This document shows, one piece after another, positions 10,101 to 19,658 of a DNA stretch of 60,973 nucleotides. A model generated the notes under the pieces. The model ran no database searches and was not told where the DNA came from. It saw only the letters and a program-made list of their open reading frames with translations. This DNA comes from Candidatus Thorarchaeota archaeon (GTDB lineage: Archaea > Asgardarchaeota > Thorarchaeia > Thorarchaeales > Thorarchaeaceae), in the NCBI GenBank assembly GCA_048882385.1, contig JBHLRQ010000006.1, forward strand, positions 1-60,973, given 5' to 3'. The translations under genes and the position numbers were made by a program. Position 1 is the first letter of the stretch; each line of letters opens with the position of its first letter.

Positions 10101-10739
10101 ATGAATGAAAGTAAACAGAAAACTTTCCATGGTGTTGTTGCCAGATACCACTTTCACGATGCTAGATGGTTTGCTGTTATTGGGTTTGCTCCCTATGTGA
10201 TAGCTTTTGCTGGAATGATCAATTCAAGTGTCAGCTATTTTGGGTGGAGATTTGATATAGGAGCCTTTCTCGGACTCGGATCATTTGAATTAACTGAAGC
10301 AATGATAATGTTCCCAGTTTATTTCATCATCACGATGGCATTCTTTGCTGGGGGTCTTGAGTGGTATGTTCTTTGCAGACATTGTCCTTGCTATGAATAC
10401 TCTGGAAGAGAACATGGAAATGAGAAACGTTTCTATTGCTTAGCTAACTGGGGAAGTCCGAAACTATTCAAATACAAACCTGGTCGTATCAGTCGTGCTG
10501 GCCAAGCTACATTCTTAGGATTTACAGGGTTTTTTCTGTTGTTTCCAATACTTTACTTTGTTGACAGATGGGAGTTCGTTCTTTTCCAACTTGCTACTGC
10601 CTTTTCATTCATGGTCACAATCAGACATTGGAGTTGTTCACAATGTCCGAATTTCGGATGTATCTTGAACTGCGTTCCGGATGAGAAAAAAGAGGATTTC
10701 CTTCAAGCAGTAGAATCTGGAGAGATTTATGGAAGTTAA
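10101..10739 (+). CDS. Cys-rich integral membrane protein
   Basis: About 4 TM; CRHCPCY...C and CSQCPNFGCILNC clusters. Confidence 0.7.
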   Translation: MNESKQKTFHGVVARYHFHDARWFAVIGFAPYVIAFAGMINSSVSYFGWRFDIGAFLGLGSFELTEAMIMFPVYFIITMAFFAGGLEWYVLCRHCPCYEYSGREHGNEKRFYCLANWGSPKLFKYKPGRISRAGQATFLGFTGFFLLFPILYFVDRWEFVLFQLATAFSFMVTIRHWSCSQCPNFGCILNCVPDEKKEDFLQAVESGEIYGS

Positions 10740-10788
10740 TTATTGATTCAGTAACATTTTAGTTATGGTCTCAATCACCATAGTCTAG

Positions 10789-11694
10789 ATGCAAACATCA
10801 ACAGAATTACTCCTTGGAAGCGCAATTAGTTTACTTGCAGCTTTTCTCTGGGCAATGTCTACTAATGCATACAAATCTCAGAGCGACGAAGCTACTCCAC
10901 TTGCAATCTCAACCCTCAAGATTTGGATATCGGTGGTAGTTATGGCAGTTCTAGTGATATGGCCATTTCGAACAATTCCGTTCTACATGCCACTCCAAGC
11001 AATTGTCTATCTTGCTGCATCTGTAACAATTGGTCTTGTTATTGGTGATATTGCATTTCTAACAGCCCAAGAAATGATTGGCGTTTCCTACGCCTATCCT
11101 ATAGCTACAACCTTCCCAATATTCACCTACATAATCGCTATATTCATTGTAGATGAGATGATCCTCCTTACAAGATTCAGTGGAATCATTTTAGCTGTTG
11201 TAGGAATCATGTTAATTTCCAGAGCACAGGCTTCTGCATCTAATGAAGAGAGTGTGCCAAACCATTTAGCAAGAAGAGGGTTTGCACTTGCATTCTTTAC
11301 TGCATTGTGCTGGGCAGTTGGTAGTATCCTTCTTCAGATTGGGGTTACTGATATCGATCCCACAGATGCTAATTTTGTAAGAATGATTTTTGGTGCAGGT
11401 GTTATTGCACCAGTCTATCTAGGTGCTGTTCGAAGAGGTATGCCAAAACCAAGTAGGAGGGCAACAAAAATCGTTCTCGTTGCAGCCTTCTTTGGTATGG
11501 CTTGGGGCTCTCTCCTTTACACATATGCTGTGAAGATCGTAGGTGCGTCAGTTGCATCAGTATTGGGATCAATATCGCCTCTATTCGCTTTGCCAATCTC
11601 GATATTCTTCCTGAAAGAGAAATTTACAATCAAGTCAATTCTTGGAGCTCTGTTGACTGTTTCTGGAATCATCTTAGTTGTCCTAATTGTCTAA
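10789..11694 (+). CDS. EamA/DMT-family transporter
   Basis: Two 5-TM repeats; SPLFALPISIFFLKEK...ILGALL..SGI. Confidence 0.9.
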   Translation: MQTSTELLLGSAISLLAAFLWAMSTNAYKSQSDEATPLAISTLKIWISVVVMAVLVIWPFRTIPFYMPLQAIVYLAASVTIGLVIGDIAFLTAQEMIGVSYAYPIATTFPIFTYIIAIFIVDEMILLTRFSGIILAVVGIMLISRAQASASNEESVPNHLARRGFALAFFTALCWAVGSILLQIGVTDIDPTDANFVRMIFGAGVIAPVYLGAVRRGMPKPSRRATKIVLVAAFFGMAWGSLLYTYAVKIVGASVASVLGSISPLFALPISIFFLKEKFTIKSILGALLTVSGIILVVLIV

Positions 11695-11697
11695 GAA

Positions 11698-12762
11698 TCA
11701 AATCCAATCAATCTTCTTGAAATAAATAACAAGAAAAGTTGTGACACAGAGCATGGCAACAAGAAACAATGGATAACCAAAAGCCCCCAAGAGCGCAATC
11801 TCAGGAATCCATGTCCAATTCATTCCATATATGCTAGCCATAAGTGTGAGCGGGATGAAGATGGTTGATACTACTGTGAGAACTTTCATGACTTCATTCA
11901 TCTTATTGTTAACACTAGAGAGATAGATGTCAAGCATTCCAGTAATTGACTCTCGATACGTTTCAACGTGATCAGTTATTCGAATGACATGGTCATATAG
12001 GTCCCGTAGAAAGACTTGGGTTTCTTCCTTTACATATGCTGAAGCATCTCTCTGCATCTTGAGTACAACTTCTCGTAAAGGCCATATATGTCGACGAAAT
12101 GAGAGAAGTTCTCTCTTGAGTTTGTAGATTCTGTTGAGCATTTCTGGAGTTGCCTTGGTAATCAACTCATCCTCCAAATCCTCAATAGTGTCACCGGTTT
12201 GCTCAAGCACAACGAAGTACTTGTCAACAAGAAGATCAAGAAGGGTATAAGTCAGATAATCAGACCCGCCGGAGCGAATCCGACTTCCTGAACGTCTAGC
12301 TCTGTTCCTAATTGGCTCAAAGATATCATCAAACGTTTCTTGAAATGAGAGTACGAAATTGGAACCAAAGACTATTGATATCTGCTCAGAGTGAAAATGT
12401 TTGCTTTGCTCCAGAAAATCATACGCACGAATTACAATGTAGACACTCTTGGGCATCCGTTCAAATTTGGGCCTTTGACCAACACTTGGGATGTCCTCGA
12501 TAACGAGTGGGTGTAGGTCATAATATTCACTTACAGTCTTTACTATCTCAATATCATGAACTCCTCTTACATGCACCCACTTAGTCGCCTTCGAATCTAG
12601 AGGAGGACTACAATCATCCATTGAATCAGCGATATACTCTCTCATCTGATCAGCAGCAAACTCCATGACATTTATTGTCACTTTCTCAGTTCGGTCAACT
12701 CCAGTATGCACCACTGTTCCTGGAGGAAGACCAACTTTGTCAGATATATCGTCTTGACTCAT
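11698..12762 (-). CDS. corA: CorA Mg2+/Co2+ transporter
   Basis: GLPPGT, LHPLVIEDI...QRPKFE, NEVMKVLT..STIFIPLT...IYGMN (alternative start 12774). Confidence 0.93.
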   Translation of the reverse strand: MSQDDISDKVGLPPGTVVHTGVDRTEKVTINVMEFAADQMREYIADSMDDCSPPLDSKATKWVHVRGVHDIEIVKTVSEYYDLHPLVIEDIPSVGQRPKFERMPKSVYIVIRAYDFLEQSKHFHSEQISIVFGSNFVLSFQETFDDIFEPIRNRARRSGSRIRSGGSDYLTYTLLDLLVDKYFVVLEQTGDTIEDLEDELITKATPEMLNRIYKLKRELLSFRRHIWPLREVVLKMQRDASAYVKEETQVFLRDLYDHVIRITDHVETYRESITGMLDIYLSSVNNKMNEVMKVLTVVSTIFIPLTLMASIYGMNWTWIPEIALLGAFGYPLFLVAMLCVTTFLVIYFKKIDWI

Positions 12763-12899
12763 TTGGATCCTCATCGATGATGAAGGAGGGGTGATATTAG
12801 AAAGTGAGGATTACAAGGAAACTAATCGTGCTTGTTGCCATCCCTTATTAGGAAGTTAGCCAAGTAATAACAATTCAATTTACTTGGGGACTTTGCGTA

Positions 12900-13466
12900 A
12901 TGAGTAAAACTTCCAAAGGTGGCGGCACATGGAAAATAGTACTTATTGGAAACGCTGCAGTTGGAAAGACTAGTATACGAAGGAAGTATCTGGGTGAGGG
13001 CTTCATCACGAGTCATATTGCCACTCTGGGAGTTGATTTCGCGCAAAAGTATGTTCATCATCAAGGAAAAACTCACAGACTGATCATTTGGGATCTATCA
13101 GGCCAAGCAAGCTTTGAGAGTGTGAGGAAACATTACTATCATGGTTGCAGCTCTATCATTCTTGTTTATTCCATAACAGACCGTGAATCCTTTGATGATG
13201 CCTCAAAATGGCTAGTTGAGGCATATAGATACATTGGTGAACTTCCCCCAATTGCCATCATTGCGAATAAAATTGACCTAAGGATTGGTGATGCATCAAA
13301 GGGATTTATCGCAACTCAAGAGGGATTGGATTTCATTGAATATTTCAGGGAAAAGTTGCATGTATCAGCAATATTTTTGGAAACTAGCGCAAAAACAGGA
13401 GAAAACATCCAACAATTGTTTCACAAGCTTCTTGATTTAATGATAGCTTCTGAAAAAACCTCATAA
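12900..13466 (+). CDS. Rab-like small GTPase
   Basis: G1 GNAAVGKT, G2 TLGVDF, G3 WDLSGQ, G4 NKID, G5 ETSAK; no C-terminal Cys. Confidence 0.93.
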   Translation: MSKTSKGGGTWKIVLIGNAAVGKTSIRRKYLGEGFITSHIATLGVDFAQKYVHHQGKTHRLIIWDLSGQASFESVRKHYYHGCSSIILVYSITDRESFDDASKWLVEAYRYIGELPPIAIIANKIDLRIGDASKGFIATQEGLDFIEYFREKLHVSAIFLETSAKTGENIQQLFHKLLDLMIASEKTS

Positions 13467-13548
13467 AATTATGTGGAATTTTTCCGCCTTAAATAGGATT
13501 AAAAACACCGCAATTCCTTTTTAGAAGGATGCACTGGAGTATTTTGAG

Positions 13549-14112
13549 ATGAGTTTTACAACACCCGGGGGAGGTACATTCAAGACGGTCCTTATCGGCG
13601 ACCCAGCTGTCGGCAAGACTAGCGTACGCCGTAAATACCTGGGGGAAGGATTCATCTCAAGTCATATCGCAACTCTTGGAGTTGATTTTGCTCAGAAGTA
13701 CGTCCACTACAATGGAGAAACGCATAGACTGATTATTTGGGATTTAGCAGGTCAGTCTGGATTTGAAAGTGTTAGAAGGCATTACTATCAAGGTTGCAGC
13801 TCATTGATTTTCGTGTATTCCATAATAAATCCTGAATCATTTGACAATGCTTCGCGATGGTTTGTTGAAACATTCAAGTACCTTGGAGAAGTTCCTCCAA
13901 CAGCAATTATAGGTAACAAAATCGATCTCAAATCCGATTATCCTGATAATGATATCATATCTACTGAGAAAGGTCGAGCATTCACTGATTATTTCATGGA
14001 CAAACTTGAAGTTCCAGCTGTATTTAGCGAAACATCAGCAAAGACGGGGGAGAATATCCAGGAGATTTTTCATAATCTTGTGAAGATGATGACCGAACAG
14101 GCGGGGATCTAA
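13549..14112 (+). CDS. Rab-like small GTPase (tandem paralogue of 12900..13466)
   Basis: GDPAVGKT, WDLAGQ, NKID, ETSAK; long identical stretches with the upstream gene (SHIATLGVDFAQKYVH, HRLIIWDL). Confidence 0.93.
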   Translation: MSFTTPGGGTFKTVLIGDPAVGKTSVRRKYLGEGFISSHIATLGVDFAQKYVHYNGETHRLIIWDLAGQSGFESVRRHYYQGCSSLIFVYSIINPESFDNASRWFVETFKYLGEVPPTAIIGNKIDLKSDYPDNDIISTEKGRAFTDYFMDKLEVPAVFSETSAKTGENIQEIFHNLVKMMTEQAGI

Positions 14113-14303
14113 GACTCTGTGCTTGTTTTTTCTTCAGACACCCTACTATTCCAGAAGTTCAGAATACTATTCCTAACAGACTGTGAATCCGAAGAATCAG
14201 CACAAGACACACAATAATCTATGTCTTCTGACTCTTCACTATCCAGAACTACACCGCATGTTTGACAAACCTTCATTCGGAGTTCTCCATTGTCTAGCGT
14301 CAT
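14109..14303 (-). CDS. Small zinc-ribbon protein
   Basis: CQTCG...YCVSC in a 64-aa ORF. Confidence 0.6.
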   Translation of the reverse strand: MTLDNGELRMKVCQTCGVVLDSEESEDIDYCVSCADSSDSQSVRNSILNFWNSRVSEEKTSTES

Positions 14304-14421
14304 TTATTCTATAATAAGAGGAATCATCAACGCAGTTATGAGGTGAATTTGCTACATTACGTTAATCGTCTCAATATTAAGTCAGTAATGCTAGTTCCGT
14401 AGTACTTTAGGTGAGACGAGA

Positions 14422-15270
14422 ATGCGACCAACAAGGTCTGAACTTATTAGTAAGATACTTTTGGCATTAGATAATCAACCATCGTCGATCTACGACATCC
14501 TCTATTCGTTGTCGGATTTTTCAGACCCTCGAAGAACCAGATTGCCAAAGCTACTGAAGGCAATGGAAAAGGACAATCTAGTTGTTAGTGCTCTACAACC
14601 GGGACCTCTTGGACCATATCGTCGAGTATACGAAATTGGTCCCGAAGCTGAAACATATATGAGACAAAATCTGAAGAGCAGTATCGAAACCATACTGCAT
14701 TTTTATGATGCATATCGAAGATCAAATCCTGAAAAACTGTATAATTTTCCTAAAGAGTTGGAGAAGAGAAAGACAAAAGGAAGAATCCTTTTCGCAGCAT
14801 TTCCAAGAATGGATGCGGAAGATATCGAATCAATTCGGAATCTCATTTCAAGTTCGGATGAAATAGATATCTCTGTACTGGGTCCAGACCTTATTTTGAG
14901 TAAAACTGGAATCAAATATGATTCAGTTGGTGTTGATCCTACTGATTTGAAAGTTAAAAATCAAACATTTTCGGAAATACAATTTAATGGAGTACCTGCA
15001 CGCAAAATACGCTCGCTTGTTATTTCAGAGTGCAAGAGAGTCTTGGTAAGGAGAGGATTATTAAAAATGAGAGTACCTCTCGCTTTTTTCGAAGAACCCA
15101 AGAAACCTGCTCTAGGAGAGTTTATTCTGGTAACAGCAGCTAATCTCTTTCCTGAATTGGGAGTCATAGATGGTAATGAATTAACACAAGTTCTTGCAGA
15201 AGCATTTCCAAAGAATGGAGTTTATGAAACGAGTCTAGGTGAGGTTGTTTTTTGGGCAATAAAGTCTTGA
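14422..15270 (+). CDS. PadR-like winged-helix regulator fused to a degenerate methyltransferase-like domain
   Basis: L..ME..NLV.S...GP.GP.RRVYEI...(PadR); C-terminal ECKRVLVRRGLL with no GxGxG motif. Confidence 0.65.
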   Translation: MRPTRSELISKILLALDNQPSSIYDILYSLSDFSDPRRTRLPKLLKAMEKDNLVVSALQPGPLGPYRRVYEIGPEAETYMRQNLKSSIETILHFYDAYRRSNPEKLYNFPKELEKRKTKGRILFAAFPRMDAEDIESIRNLISSSDEIDISVLGPDLILSKTGIKYDSVGVDPTDLKVKNQTFSEIQFNGVPARKIRSLVISECKRVLVRRGLLKMRVPLAFFEEPKKPALGEFILVTAANLFPELGVIDGNELTQVLAEAFPKNGVYETSLGEVVFWAIKS

Positions 15271-15349
15271 TTGTGCGCCAATTTTTGTCAAGGGAATACA
15301 TTGAAAGTAAAAAACATATGGCGTGATGACAGCACACGTGTAATGGATT

Positions 15350-15790
15350 GTGAAGTTAATGAAAGAAAAGGCTTCGGAACTTACAGCCCTCATCAACGAT
15401 GAAAATGTAAGTGCAATCCAAACTATGGTTGATGAACTTGAGATCTCTCCAGAAGAAGTCCAAGAACTTATTCAAGAGCTACTTGCTTCAGGAGCCATTC
15501 AGGGTTCAATGACAGAAGATGGAAAGCGATTCTTCAAGAGTGATGTCAAGCTCTCTGACGCACCATCAATTCCAATCGGTGACCAAACTCCATCATTTAT
15601 GAAATTCGATACTAGACCAGGAATAATAGCGTCAGTCGCAGGTCTAGCAGTAATTATATTTGGTTTGATCATTAATTCGAACGCGATTCCTGGTTTATCA
15701 CAGGAAACTGGAGTGATTGTACTTTTTATTGGCATAATCATACTCTTTTCTGGTATGTATTGTCTATCAATGCGCAAAACTCCATCATAG
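15350..15790 (+). CDS. Winged-helix (PCI-like) domain protein with 2 C-terminal TM helices
   Basis: LEISPEEVQELIQELLASGAIQGSMTEDGKRFF, then two hydrophobic segments. Confidence 0.6.
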   Translation: MKLMKEKASELTALINDENVSAIQTMVDELEISPEEVQELIQELLASGAIQGSMTEDGKRFFKSDVKLSDAPSIPIGDQTPSFMKFDTRPGIIASVAGLAVIIFGLIINSNAIPGLSQETGVIVLFIGIIILFSGMYCLSMRKTPS

Positions 15791-15858
15791 CAGATGGTCT
15801 GCAATAGTATTCCTTAAGTAGTGGGCTGATTGCCGAGCCGCTATCGGAATGAAAACTT

Positions 15859-16809
15859 ATGCAAGAGCTAATTATGGATGCAATGTTCATCGCGATATAT
15901 GCCATTGGTGTCGGAACGATTTCTTCGATGGTCGGCATTGGAGGTGGTATTTTCAATACACCTCTTTTGATGATAGTCTTCTTGCTAAGTGAGCAATTTG
16001 CACCTGCAACAGCACTTGTCGCGGCATTGTTTCTTGCGATTGCTAGCAGCATAGCATATTGGCGACAAAATCCTAGACCAATAATTCCGAAGGTTGGTTT
16101 GTTTCTAGCTATTACAACAGTTCCAGGGTCTCTATTAGGAGTTATTCTCAGAACTATGATAGAAAGTCCTTATGCCTTAAGGCTCATTTTTGGGATCTCA
16201 TTAATGCCTGTTGCAATCAGAATGATGTTTGCGATACGACGAGAGAAGGGGGATATCGCTTCCGAGCTGGCAGGATATAGTATGGCTGATATTACGGATA
16301 AGAGACTTGCAGTATCTCTTTTTGGTGGTTTCATAGGGGGAATTTCAGCTGGTCTCCTCGGGATTGGAGGCGGTGCAGTAGTCGTACCAGTTCTTGCTGT
16401 AGGAATGGGCCTCCCAATGCATGCAGCTGTTGCTACTTCGATGTTTACTATGATGTTTACAGCTTCAGCAGGTACAGCAATGAATTTCCTCAACGGATTT
16501 GTCAATCCCTACTATGCTGTTTCACTGGGCGTAGGGATGCTAATTGGTGCACAGATTGGATCCAGATTAGCTTGCAGAGTAAATTCTGTTCAACTGAAGC
16601 GCGTATTTGGAATCATACTCGTGTTCCCATTAGTCAAGATGATGCGACTCGGTCAAATGTGGCTCGATCCGTTGGACACAAGTCTATTAATGGCAACAAT
16701 AGGTGATTTCATCATCTGGCTCATTATTGTCCTACCAATTGGACTCGTTAGGCTTTATCTCATTCGGAGAGAATCAGCTAAATCAAGCGGATCTCAGGAG
16801 CGAAGTTGA
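15859..16809 (+). CDS. TauE/SafE-family (TSUP) transporter
   Basis: Two GIGGG motifs, AVATS, G.LIGAQIG.RLA. Confidence 0.9.
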   Translation: MQELIMDAMFIAIYAIGVGTISSMVGIGGGIFNTPLLMIVFLLSEQFAPATALVAALFLAIASSIAYWRQNPRPIIPKVGLFLAITTVPGSLLGVILRTMIESPYALRLIFGISLMPVAIRMMFAIRREKGDIASELAGYSMADITDKRLAVSLFGGFIGGISAGLLGIGGGAVVVPVLAVGMGLPMHAAVATSMFTMMFTASAGTAMNFLNGFVNPYYAVSLGVGMLIGAQIGSRLACRVNSVQLKRVFGIILVFPLVKMMRLGQMWLDPLDTSLLMATIGDFIIWLIIVLPIGLVRLYLIRRESAKSSGSQERS

Positions 16810-16867
16810 TACTTAATAGGGAGGCAGTCTCAGACTTTCATCAATAATGTTGCATTGGGTGAACTCA

Positions 16868-17635
16868 ATGGTCAAGTATGATTTAGATGGAAAAGTAGTA
16901 ATAATAACGGGAGCATCCGCAGGTTTAGGTGAGCAATTTGCTCATGCCTTTGCAGAATCAGGTGCTCATGTTGTTTTGGCTGCAAGAAGGGAAGAGCTAC
17001 TCAAGAAGATAGCTGAAGAAGTGTCTGAACAATATAATGTTACAGCAATTCCTCAAAAGACAGACGTCCTTAAGGAAAGTGACATCATCAGGCTTGTTGA
17101 TAATACAGTGAAAGATCTTGGGAATGTTGATGTTTTAGTAAACAATGCAGGTATGTATATTGTAAAACCACTCATTAAACAGACACTAAAAGATTGGCAA
17201 ACGGTTATGGATGTCAATCTAACCTCAGCATTTCTGGCATCACGAGAAGTTGCTAAAGTGATGATTCCTAAAAAGTCTGGATCTATCATCAATGTGTCGT
17301 CAACATTTGGATTTGGTGGGACTGTGTTCACCGAAGTCAGTTACTACGCCTCAAAGGGAGGTATGGTAAGCATGACAAAAGCTCTTGCCGTTGAGCTTGG
17401 GAAACACAACATCCGTGTAAATGCGATTGCGCCTGGTTTTTTCCCAACTGCAATGTCAATTGGAGCCATGGAAGACAAAAAGATCAGTGAAACTATGATT
17501 AAACCACGTACAGCACTTCCAATGTTTGCAGAGAATGAATGGATAAGAGGTGCGGCATGTTTCTTGGCAAGTGAAGATGCGAAATATATCACAGGTCATA
17601 CGCTTGCAGTAGATGGCGGATGGCTTGCTTTCTGA
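16868..17635 (+). CDS. Classical short-chain dehydrogenase/reductase
   Basis: TGASAGLG, NNAG, YYASK, RVNAIAPG, VDGG. Confidence 0.93.
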   Translation: MVKYDLDGKVVIITGASAGLGEQFAHAFAESGAHVVLAARREELLKKIAEEVSEQYNVTAIPQKTDVLKESDIIRLVDNTVKDLGNVDVLVNNAGMYIVKPLIKQTLKDWQTVMDVNLTSAFLASREVAKVMIPKKSGSIINVSSTFGFGGTVFTEVSYYASKGGMVSMTKALAVELGKHNIRVNAIAPGFFPTAMSIGAMEDKKISETMIKPRTALPMFAENEWIRGAACFLASEDAKYITGHTLAVDGGWLAF

Positions 17636-17640
17636 AAGCG

Positions 17641-17674
17641 AAAAAAGAAAGAGAAGGCAGGATATTCCTGCCTT
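17641..17674 (-). terminator. Hairpin plus U-tract terminator of the minus-strand gene 17683..18774
   Basis: Perfect inverted repeat AAGGCAGGA-TAT-TCCTGCCTT (17654-17674), followed on the minus strand by CTCTTTCTTTTTT. Confidence 0.65.
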
Positions 17675-17682
17675 ATAGTGAT

Positions 17683-18774
17683 TTAGTCATCCCAATCCAT
17701 GGCTTCAAAGTCACGGTACTTCTTCCATTGTGCACCACCACTTATTGCGGCAATGACCAACAGAGATACTAGAAATACTGCAAAGTTCTGATAGGCATCA
17801 AATCCATCAGCAAAGAACCAAAACCAGATTGCTAGTACAATCACCCAAGCAAAGGCTAGCCCAATGGACCACCAGTTCTCAGGACCTTCACCTCGTCGTC
17901 GTGACCATGGCAACCACATTCCAACTAAGATTGCGCAGAGTATCGCGAATGAAATTAGAATCACTGAAACATTCTGATTGGCACCATATGTACCAGCAAG
18001 GAACCAGAACCAGATATCGAGAAATATCAGATAAAGTACAAAGCCAACCAGAGATCCTCTAACACGAGGATAGAGACCTGCCTCAGCATCTATACCAACT
18101 CTGATTTCTCCTCTCCATGGAGCTATCACCACAGCGAACATCAAAAGGAAGGAGGTCATTATTATAGCAAAGTTCTGGTATGGATTTATTGGGTAAATCT
18201 GCGCAGAAAAATTATTGGCAAATGGTAACCAAAGTACAAGGAACATTAACCAGAAAATGCCACCAAGTGCACTTATCCGACCACCGCCTTCATCACCGTG
18301 ACCAGGAACCCACAATCCTACATTGATGGCTCCAATAAATAGCAATGAAGCTAAAGCGATTCCGATGTTCTCATAGAATCCAAATCCACTAGCATAGAAA
18401 ATCATCCACAATACTAGGAAGATTATCCAAGCAACTCCACTAATCACACTTGTCTTAGCTCTCCACCCACCTTCATACGTTGGTATCCACAATATGGCAT
18501 TCAAAGCCATTACAATAAGTAGACCAACAAAGACAATAGCAATGTTTTCAAAAATTCCATATCCGCTCGCAAAGAAGAACAACCAGATAATTACGAAAGC
18601 CATCCACGCAACAAAGCTTGCTGCTGACCCGTATCGTTTACCTCTTGATCTATATCGTCCTCTTGAACGCCTACTGCGGATCACTATCTCTTCTTCAATG
18701 TCAAACTCCTCCTCATCGTCATCATCAGGAGATGGTGGGTCAGGAGGAGACACATCCTCATCAAATGGTTTCAT
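17683..18774 (-). CDS. 10-TM membrane protein built from five tandem helical-hairpin repeats
   Basis: Five copies of W..F...W..F.A.G(F/Y)..(Y/F)(E/Q)N.A....SLL; acidic then Arg-rich N-terminus. Confidence 0.78.
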   Translation of the reverse strand: MKPFDEDVSPPDPPSPDDDDEEEFDIEEEIVIRSRRSRGRYRSRGKRYGSAASFVAWMAFVIIWLFFFASGYGIFENIAIVFVGLLIVMALNAILWIPTYEGGWRAKTSVISGVAWIIFLVLWMIFYASGFGFYENIGIALASLLFIGAINVGLWVPGHGDEGGGRISALGGIFWLMFLVLWLPFANNFSAQIYPINPYQNFAIIMTSFLLMFAVVIAPWRGEIRVGIDAEAGLYPRVRGSLVGFVLYLIFLDIWFWFLAGTYGANQNVSVILISFAILCAILVGMWLPWSRRRGEGPENWWSIGLAFAWVIVLAIWFWFFADGFDAYQNFAVFLVSLLVIAAISGGAQWKKYRDFEAMDWDD

Positions 18775-18972
18775 TATCTATTCTCCATTCCAACGCTAAC
18801 AGCTAGTCGATAATAAATATCCCGAAGCTATTTCCGTTGCAATTCTGATTCTATCAGTTATTTTCTGATATATAAAGCAACGTCACAATATGTAGTCACA
18901 TTTTGTGACTATCTCAAGACAGATAACAATAGTTAAATAACTTTTCATCGTTTGTTTGATATATTTCCGGAG

Positions 18973-19446
18973 ATGAAAAGAATGTCTGATGATGAAAAAA
19001 TGACCCTTGATGAGTTTCATAAGAAAATGGCAATTAAGACCAATGGCGGAGTGTGGTCTGTTTTAGACAAGACATCGCCATCTAATGAGGAGCTGGGAAA
19101 AGCTCTAGAGATGGCATACACTTCATTATATCACTGGAGGCAAATTGGCAAACCGATTAACATAGCTCGTGGTGAGTATATGATCTCACGTGTACTCTCC
19201 GATATGGAAATGGGTGATGCCGCACTTTTTCACGCAGAACGTACACTCAAGTTAACTGAAGAAGCTGAAGAGAAGGCAGACTTTGACATGGGATTCGCCT
19301 ACGAAGTGTTAGCCAAGGCATATTCAGTGAAGGGTGACAAAGAAGCTTGCAAAAAATACATAGAGATGTCGCAGAAAGTCATTGACACACTCGGTGAAGA
19401 AGACAGAAAAATCAGTCAGGGTGAACTTGACAAGGTCAAATGTTGA
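18973..19446 (+). CDS. Conserved hypothetical alpha-helical (TPR-like) protein
   Basis: AYTSLYHW..IG...N.ARGEY.ISRV, D.GFAYE.LA.A helical repeats; start could be 18982. Confidence 0.72.
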   Translation: MKRMSDDEKMTLDEFHKKMAIKTNGGVWSVLDKTSPSNEELGKALEMAYTSLYHWRQIGKPINIARGEYMISRVLSDMEMGDAALFHAERTLKLTEEAEEKADFDMGFAYEVLAKAYSVKGDKEACKKYIEMSQKVIDTLGEEDRKISQGELDKVKC

Positions 19447-19658
19447 ACAAAGTTTCGATGTTCCATGAAACTCATGTTAGATTTATCCAGCATGAACTGA
19501 ATCAATCGAAAAAGAAAGCGAATAGCTGGAGTGGCAGATGATAGAATGAAGAAGTTCTGATTTCTGGAAAAGTTAAATCAAAGACAAGCAGGAGAATCTG
19601 TTTGACTGGAAGCTATTTGCATCCGGACTGAAAAGCTTCATATGGTGGATTTGAAGTC

